This document shows, piece after piece, positions 62,433 to 64,000 of a stretch of 64,000 bases of DNA (within the stretch, counting starts at the first letter, position 1; each line of letters begins with the position of its first letter). A model generated the notes under the pieces. The model was not told the DNA's origin. It was given only the letters and a program-made list of their open reading frames with translations, and ran no database searches. The DNA is from Tetramitus jugosus (taxonomy: Eukaryota > Protista > Heterolobosea): assembly GCA_937625935.1 (NCBI GenBank), contig OW569359.1, forward strand, positions 469,597 to 533,596, given 5' to 3'. The translations under genes were made by a program, and so were the position numbers.

Positions 62433-62585
62433 TGAGATAAAGACAAACCAATATTGTATAGCCCAAACCCGTCGCTAGATGAAATAGTACACATCGTGTT
62501 TGTCATGTTCTGAAACCCTCAAACTAAGCTTATCAATAAAACATATGTTGTTGTTGTTGAACTGTTCTGCAAAGTACATGTATCC

Positions 62586-62805
62586 AGTTGGGTTTCAAGT
62601 TGGGTTTCCAGTGGAGCTAAAAAGCTCCACCTAAAATTACTAAGGAACTTTTCTTGTGTGACTGAGCTTTTTTCTGGTGGAGCTTTTTGGCTCTGGCTAA
62701 TTTTGTTGGTGGAGCTTTGTTCTGGTAGGTAGAGTTTTTCTGGTGGAGCTTTTTGGCTCCACCTGTTCTTCTCAGGCCAATGGCCAGTGGAGCTTTGGCT
62801 CCAGC
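62586..62805 (+). repeat. Subtelomeric cluster of GTGGAGCT-containing direct and inverted repeats
   Basis: Five gtggagct units; palindromes tggagct-aaa-agctcca, ggtggagc-tttttg-gctccacc, tggagc-tttg-gctcca. Confidence 0.8.
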
Positions 62806-63010
62806 AAAGAATTTCGACCAATGAGGAAAGTGATTGTATCGGATTAAGAAGGAATACAACACACCTACATGTATATGACAGTAGATTTGTGAAGGAGTTC
62901 AATGTGAAATACAATGGCAGGAGCACTCTGCCTAAGGAGTGAGACAACGAGTAAATAGCTGTATGTTTCAAGAGGCAGCAATATCAAGGAAGAAGGAATA
63001 CAATACAAGA

Positions 63011-64000
63011 TGGGTTTGGGTTTGGGTTTGGGTTTGGGTTTGGGTTTGGGTTTGGGTTTGGGTTTGGGTTTGGGTTTGGGTTTGGGTTTGGGTTTGGGTT
63101 TGGGTTTGGGTTTGGGTTTGGGTTTGGGTTTGGGTTTGGGTTTGGGTTTGGGTTTGGGTTTGGGTTTGGGTTTGGGTTTGGGTTTGGGTTTGGGTTTGGG
63201 TTTGGGTTTGGGTTTGGGTTTGGGTTTGGGTTTGGGTTTGGGTTTGGGTTTGGGTTTGGGTTTGGGTTTGGGTTTGGGTTTGGGTTTGGGTTTGGGTTTG
63301 GGTTTGGGTTTGGGTTTGGGTTTGGGTTTGGGTTTGGGTTTGGGTTTGGGTTTGGGTTTGGGTTTGGGTTTGGGTTTGGGTTTGGGTTTGGGTTTGGGTT
63401 TGGGTTTGGGTTTGGGTTTGGGTTTGGGTTTGGGTTTGGGTTTGGGTTTGGGTTTGGGTTTGGGTTTGGGTTTGGGTTTGGGTTTGGGTTTGGGTTTGGG
63501 TTTGGGTTTGGGTTTGGGTTTGGGTTTGGGTTTGGGTTTGGGTTTGGGTTTGGGTTTGGGTTTGGGTTTGGGTTTGGGTTTGGGTTTGGGTTTGGGTTTG
63601 GGTTTGGGTTTGGGTTTGGGTTTGGGTTTGGGTTTGGGTTTGGGTTTGGGTTTGGGTTTGGGTTTGGGTTTGGGTTTGGGTTTGGGTTTGGGTTTGGGTT
63701 TGGGTTTGGGTTTGGGTTTGGGTTTGGGTTTGGGTTTGGGTTTGGGTTTGGGTTTGGGTTTGGGTTTGGGTTTGGGTTTGGGTTTGGGTTTGGGTTTGGG
63801 TTTGGGTTTGGGTTTGGGTTTGGGTTTGGGTTTGGGTTTGGGTTTGGGTTTGGGTTTGGGTTTGGGTGGTTGGGTGTGGGTTTGGGGTTGGGTTTGGGTT
63901 GGGTTTGGGTGTGGGTTTGGGTTTGGGTTTTGGGTTTGGGTTTGGGTTTGGGTTTGGGTTTGGGTTTTGGGTTTGGGTTTGGGTTTGGGTTTGGGTTTGG
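63011..64000 (+). repeat. Telomere, (TTTGGG)n
   Basis: About 990 bp of hexamer repeat with the G-rich strand running 5'->3' to the end of the window; variant units only after about 63868. Confidence 0.98.

Noticed and set aside
63868-64000. Variant telomere units as evidence of a sloppy telomerase
   Set aside because: Confined to the contig tip, where low-coverage sequencing error is the likelier cause.

Overview
Gene-dense, intron-poor chromosome end of a flagellated protist. It uses the standard genetic code and short GT-AG introns, and it ends in about 1 kb of (TTTGGG)n telomere. Gene content and telomere motif suggest a Naegleria-like heterolobosean (inference). About 27 intact or near-intact genes are recognisable, including neurofibromin, CSL4, UFSP2, CFAP53, dTMP kinase, GALM, an M20 peptidase, IFT80, DCP1, NO66, MTAP, catalase, CENP-S, a 2437-aa Ig-repeat/vWA adhesin and a CHASE-PAS-RGS receptor. 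The most striking unexplained signal lies in a small duplication-rich island (about 35.7-40 kb). It holds three copies, in two sequence types, of an apparent minus-strand structured ncRNA gene of about 130 nt. Each copy has a USE/DUSE-like upstream motif at fixed distance, a variable 5' segment of about 60-65 nt, a conserved CCUCAYAGUKCA box, two hairpins with compensatory changes and a U-tract. This variable-segment-plus-scaffold layout suggests a guide-RNA family. Also notable: two genes whose coding signal continues in frame past a stop codon, a pseudo-sirtuin with a ~495-aa insert in its Zn site, a CHZ-motif microprotein, and the same 7-mer at both telomere-repeat junctions.
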